A DNA stretch of 64,000 nucleotides. Source: Candidatus Bathyarchaeota archaeon. GTDB taxonomy: Archaea; Thermoproteota; Bathyarchaeia; Bathyarchaeales; Bathycorpusculaceae. The DNA lies in NCBI GenBank assembly GCA_963832745.1, contig CAWHVC010000001.1, positions 288,001 to 352,000 of the forward strand, in the 5' to 3' direction. Numbering within the stretch: the stretch's first letter is position 1; each line of letters opens with the position of its first letter. The notes beneath the pieces are model-generated. The model did not search any database. It was given only the letters and a program-made list of their open reading frames with translations, and was not told the origin of the DNA. The translations under genes and the position numbers were made by a program. Below are positions 59,960-64,000 of the stretch, piece by piece.

Positions 59960-60738
59960 CCAACATTTTTTGGTTTATGCAGTCTCAAAAAAGCTGCAAT
60001 CATCAATGTGTTTAAGCAAACAGCTACAACAATTGGAACCATTGTCGAAGGAAATTCTGGCGCTACAGGATCCGAAAGCGTTGTCTCTACCACGGGCAAT
60101 GTAACACCGCTATTTGTGCCTGCTGAATCAAAAAAGATTGAAGCTTCAAAGCCTTCTACTGTTGCGCCAAACCCAACTGCAAAACCTATAGAGTGCCCTT
60201 TCTTGAAAACGTAATCTACTGGAACGTTGAGCGTGTACTGGGTTGGGTCTTTGGTGAAGGGGTTTCTGGCGATAGCTATTGGACCTTCGGTGACAAAATC
60301 TATTATTTCTTTGTTGTTTTCGTCTATTTCTACAACTCCAAACCCGTAGCTTCCTCCGCTAAAAAGGCTGGTAAGCTCAAACGTGCTGCTAATGTAAGCG
60401 GTGATAGTTACGGTGCCTTTAACATGTAGGTCGCTTTGTAGGGGTTTTGCCCATATAGCTACAGCGCTGTAGTAGCTCCAACCATCACGAGTACCCGTAA
60501 TTTGGGATTGCAAAGTAACTTGTGAACCAGTTCCAGTAGGAACAACATCGTTTGCTCCGTCGTAAGCTACAAAGGAGCCGTTGTTGTCCTTCTGAATCAC
60601 TTGATGATTGTGGAAGTATAACGTTTGAGTTACGGTTTTTGTTTGAGCTTCACAGAGAGACGGTTGAGTTATGATTAGGCTGCCTAAAGATAAAATAATT
60701 AGCAGAAAAAGGGCAGTGTACCCCTTAATGTGCTTCAA
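59956..60738 (-). CDS. Exported protein with PEF-CTERM-like sorting signal
   Basis: Signal peptide; beta-rich body; APEFP followed by TM and basic residues. Confidence 0.75.
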   Translation of the reverse strand: MKHIKGYTALFLLIILSLGSLIITQPSLCEAQTKTVTQTLYFHNHQVIQKDNNGSFVAYDGANDVVPTGTGSQVTLQSQITGTRDGWSYYSAVAIWAKPLQSDLHVKGTVTITAYISSTFELTSLFSGGSYGFGVVEIDENNKEIIDFVTEGPIAIARNPFTKDPTQYTLNVPVDYVFKKGHSIGFAVGFGATVEGFEASIFFDSAGTNSGVTLPVVETTLSDPVAPEFPSTMVPIVVAVCLNTLMIAAFLRLHKPKNVG

Positions 60739-61402
60739 TTTTTTCCGGCTCCGCAGAAGTTAAATTTAACGCATTAGCAATTCGTTCTTTGTTGCCTGCA
60801 AAAGTAGAAATGTAAGCACCCAACTGATGCAGCATAATTGGCGCGATAATGCTTCCAGACAGTAAGAAACTAATTGAAGCCACTGAGTCCTCATAGGCAA
60901 GGCCTTTTGCAATAAAGTTCATGCCACCAAACATGCGTTCGCCATTTTTTTCTTTTGGAAACAACATGTGTGCACCAACGTGAGTAGCCCACCGTGCAAC
61001 CATGGCAGGAATAACGTTGAACGGAAATGGGATACCTATCATTGTAAAACCAACCAAGAAAAGAGGCAAAACTACGCCGCTCCAATGAGTTTCCGCAATT
61101 ATGCCGTCATCGCAACCGCGAAGTGAGGTGCTCCAGAAGTGCTCAAATTCTTCACGTGTTTTGATGTAGCTTAATCCTTTAATGTATAAACCATATGAAA
61201 GGCGAGTGCGGGCTAAAAGAGTTGTAACAGCCAATACCAGCGAGCCCACAAGCAACCCCATTAAGGCTGTGTCAAGCGTGAAACCCATTTGTTCAGCTGT
61301 TAAAACGCCAAACACAAGTGGCGACAACAGAATAGCAAAGCCTACCTGCCAAGAAAGGTAAATTACCGCAAAGACACGCCATTTACCTTTCGGAAACCTC
61401 AT
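60725..61402 (-). CDS. Membrane protein, degenerate CPBP (CAAX/Abi) intramembrane protease-like
   Basis: GII.AETHWSG in place of EExxxRG, HVGAH, and SGSIIAPIMLH motif-4-like segment. Confidence 0.5.
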   Translation of the reverse strand: MRFPKGKWRVFAVIYLSWQVGFAILLSPLVFGVLTAEQMGFTLDTALMGLLVGSLVLAVTTLLARTRLSYGLYIKGLSYIKTREEFEHFWSTSLRGCDDGIIAETHWSGVVLPLFLVGFTMIGIPFPFNVIPAMVARWATHVGAHMLFPKEKNGERMFGGMNFIAKGLAYEDSVASISFLLSGSIIAPIMLHQLGAYISTFAGNKERIANALNLTSAEPEKIEAH

Positions 61403-62415
61403 CTCGCATACCCAACTGTTTCAGTCTCTTCTTTAAGATTCACAGGAGTAACCGCTTCCTGAGCATTATCAACTAAACCTACAACCGCTAAAGCACCGAT
61501 TAATCCGCGTTCACCAGTGATGGGTATTGCTTTTACGCCTGCCTGATCTGCAGCTCTGAAAGCTTCGTCAACAGTTACTTGTTCTCGCTTTACCTTTCGA
61601 GCGTACGTTTTTAGGACGTCTGGGGAACGGATTTTTTCCATTACAACCATGCCAGTCTGTTTTGAAACGGTTGCTTTACGGATTAATTTTTCAAAAGAGG
61701 AAACCAAATCTTTTTCCCTCCCTGGTTTAACAGCAAATACAAGTCCAGAAGCAGCATTGTTTGTTGTTTTTGCTGGGTTCGCTGGCCAGTTAAGTGAAAG
61801 TGTTAACCGCAAAAACTTGAAATCCCTTGATGAACGATCTAAAATTGAGGCTAACTGTAGAGCCGTGGCGAACGTGGCGCCTTTTTCAGATGAGTCCGTG
61901 TCGTCAACGCCGATTACTACTTTTTTATAAAGAGGATACTCCGTTTCAAAAGCTCTGCCTTTTGGATTTGCAGGTCTTTCAGTGCAACGTATTGCACCGC
62001 TTGACCAAAGACGTATTAATTCAGGACCTCCGCCGATTCCTTTGTAGGAAACCACTACACTTTTTTCTTTAGGCTTAACCTCTGTTATAGCTAAAGGCAC
62101 GTAACTGGGTATTAGGTGAGTGTTTTCTGCTTTGCCAACTTTTAGTTGATTAATGAATAGGTCGCCAAAAATTTGGTTGGGCATTGGGTAAGCTAAATCG
62201 GTGATGCCTGCGACGCCTTGTCCACTTAAAAAATAGTTAGTTCCACCTGACACAAGCGAGGAGAACCATGTTGGGCATTTACTTACCGTTTCAACAGCAG
62301 TGCCTTCAGCATCCATTAATGCCAGGGAGCGCCATTGCTTTTTTAGGTATCTTTGTTTGAAAAATTCTTGGTGGCTTAAAAACTCGTTACCTTTTATTTT
62401 AAGGCTGGTCAACAT
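61399..62415 (-). CDS. Divergent methanogenesis marker protein 11-like (DUF1743-related) protein
   Basis: PS..P..I..V, V.Y.G.GGG, VVIGVDDTD...GAT, P.KT.N, T.S..TGM.V, G.RGLIGALA. Confidence 0.7.
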   Translation of the reverse strand: MLTSLKIKGNEFLSHQEFFKQRYLKKQWRSLALMDAEGTAVETVSKCPTWFSSLVSGGTNYFLSGQGVAGITDLAYPMPNQIFGDLFINQLKVGKAENTHLIPSYVPLAITEVKPKEKSVVVSYKGIGGGPELIRLWSSGAIRCTERPANPKGRAFETEYPLYKKVVIGVDDTDSSEKGATFATALQLASILDRSSRDFKFLRLTLSLNWPANPAKTTNNAASGLVFAVKPGREKDLVSSFEKLIRKATVSKQTGMVVMEKIRSPDVLKTYARKVKREQVTVDEAFRAADQAGVKAIPITGERGLIGALAVVGLVDNAQEAVTPVNLKEETETVGYAR

Positions 62416-62601
62416 AAAAATTCGATTCCTTCCTTTTTGAAATAAAAACTCCGCCCAAAAATTGCATGGCAAACGTTTTCACGCTTGCACCTAAAAACTA
62501 TAAAGAAAGACCCAGTAATTAAGTTTTATATAGAACAGCAATCCACTCGTATGTGCCTAAGAAGCACTTGTTTTTGGCGCACACCTTTTGAGGGAAAAGT
62601 A

Positions 62602-64000
62602 TTGTCTTTTACATCTATAGCTTTAAGAAACATTCCCAGACGTAAACTAAGAAATGCCCTAACGGTTTTAGCAATTATTTTAGGCGTTACACTTATTGTG
62701 GGTGTTAACATCGCTTTTGACAGCGTTTATGACCAATTCGGCTACACTGTTAATCAGGCGGTTGGAAACGTGGACGTTAGCGTCCGAAGTGCGATAAACA
62801 TGCCGTTTAACCAATCTGTACTCAAGACTGTAAACGAGACAGAAAACATTGCGGATTCTTATGGACGTTTAACTGGAGAAGCAAACGCCTCACAACCAAA
62901 CGGATGGGTAAGCACCACTTTAATCGGCATAAATTCAACTGCTGATTTTGACTATCTTGACACGGCAGCCACCAACATTACAGGTCAAAGAGAATTAGGC
63001 TTTAACAGTTCAGAAGCTATAGTTGATAACCGCTTAAATTACACGTTAGGACAAAAATTTAGTGTAGCGGTTCAAATTGGAAGCTACCCTGATTTTGAAG
63101 CTAAAAATTATTCTTTGACTGTTTCAGGGTTTTTCCAGTCAAACGCTTTTGAAAACCAGTACGGCGCCATTTTTGGAGACGGTTACACAGGCTACCGCAT
63201 CTACGTTGACCTAGCCAAGGCCCAAAACATGATGAATTACACGGACCAAATTAACAGTGTAAGCTTAAAACTTTCAGACACAGGACAAACCAGCGGTACC
63301 GTAAGCACGTTAAGCAACAGTTTAGGCAACGATTACATAGTTAACCCAGTCAAAGAAAGCCTGCTAAACATTGTTAATCGAGCCACATTTGGGCTTAAAA
63401 GTGGCTTGCAAATCATGTCGGTAATGGCGCTCTGCGTAGCCATAGTAATTGTCTTAAACACTATGTACATGAACATAGGTGAACGTACACATGAAATCGG
63501 AATTTTGCGGTCACAAGGCGCTTCCACGCGGCAGGTTTTCTGGATTTTCTTCTCTGAAAGCCTAATCTTGGGTATAGTAGGCGTTGCAATCGGTTTAGTA
63601 AGCGGATTGTTTGTTACAGACATTTTTAGGTACTTTACATCACGAATCTTTCAACCATTTTCGCCAGGTGTAGCGTTTAATTTCTCTTTTCCCGCAAGCA
63701 CTACTCAACATTTAATCCTCGGCGTTGTGGCGGGTTTAGCAACAGTTACTATCGGGGGAATGATTCCGTCTCTATCCGCTTGCAAAACCGATCTTATCAA
63801 CGCTCTACGGCCGTCAATGCGTAAACCAGGCAAACAGCGGACAGCGCTTAAGCTGATTCTTGGAGGGTTGCCTTTAACGATTTTTGGCGCCTTCATTTTT
63901 GTCTGGTATGACATGTTCGCCCAGTACGGTGTGGGATTGTATATTGTTTCAGCGTTAGCACCTATTGCGATGATGGGTGTTACAATGCTAACGGCTGGTT
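62602..64000 (+). CDS. MacB/FtsX-like ABC permease (runs off window end)
   Basis: From TTG at 62602: ALRNIPRRKLRNALTVLAIILGV; in frame at 63481 ERTHEIGILRSQGAS; still in frame at 63961. Confidence 0.85.
   Translation, partial: MSFTSIALRNIPRRKLRNALTVLAIILGVTLIVGVNIAFDSVYDQFGYTVNQAVGNVDVSVRSAINMPFNQSVLKTVNETENIADSYGRLTGEANASQPNGWVSTTLIGINSTADFDYLDTAATNITGQRELGFNSSEAIVDNRLNYTLGQKFSVAVQIGSYPDFEAKNYSLTVSGFFQSNAFENQYGAIFGDGYTGYRIYVDLAKAQNMMNYTDQINSVSLKLSDTGQTSGTVSTLSNSLGNDYIVNPVKESLLNIVNRATFGLKSGLQIMSVMALCVAIVIVLNTMYMNIGERTHEIGILRSQGASTRQVFWIFFSESLILGIVGVAIGLVSGLFVTDIFRYFTSRIFQPFSPGVAFNFSFPASTTQHLILGVVAGLATVTIGGMIPSLSACKTDLINALRPSMRKPGKQRTALKLILGGLPLTIFGAFIFVWYDMFAQYGVGLYIVSALAPIAMMGVTMLTAG

Noticed and set aside
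61399-62415. TiaS tRNA(Ile2) agmatinylcytidine synthase
   Set aside because: The DDTD domain is C-terminal, and the OB-fold and zinc ribbon of TiaS are missing; the layout is Mmp11-like.
1-64000. CRISPR array, cas genes, rRNA, transposases, and the many short antisense or nested ORFs in the track
   Set aside because: No regularly spaced repeats or such genes were seen; the short ORFs are shadows of well-supported genes.

Overview
Archaeal chromosomal window, most likely Bathyarchaeia (inferred from archaeal TFS, proteasome alpha, TrmB, archaeal-type tRNAs, methanofuran genes and large PQQ/Kelch surface proteins). It holds a methanofuran biosynthesis cluster (mfnB-A-D-F-E with a divergent HisA-like gene), two metal ABC importers (a Znu-like set beside a NikR-family gene, and an Fe/B12-type set with a NikR-type operator), a frameshifted P-type ATPase, three tRNAs (Val-GAC, Ser-TGA, Ser-GCT), a six-gene Ehr/Hyf-like membrane complex, a soluble MCP-CheW pair and many surface proteins. 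The most notable items are: (1) the Ehr-like complex has lost the NiFe ligands and also all four canonical Fe-S cysteines of its small subunit, while the antiporter-like subunits look intact; (2) a wHTH plus membrane-protein pair is flanked by three promoters sharing an 11-bp-periodic TTTGGG repeat box that precede exported proteins, a MacB-like ABC system and HtrA, a candidate envelope-stress regulon with a structured 5' leader; (3) a dispersed ~90-bp intergenic repeat occurs in three copies; (4) several genes appear to start at ATA/CTG; (5) a divergent Mmp11-like / CPBP-like / PEF-CTERM operon. Four single-base frameshifts in unrelated genes suggest consensus indel errors. All family calls come from motif recognition by eye; no searches were run.
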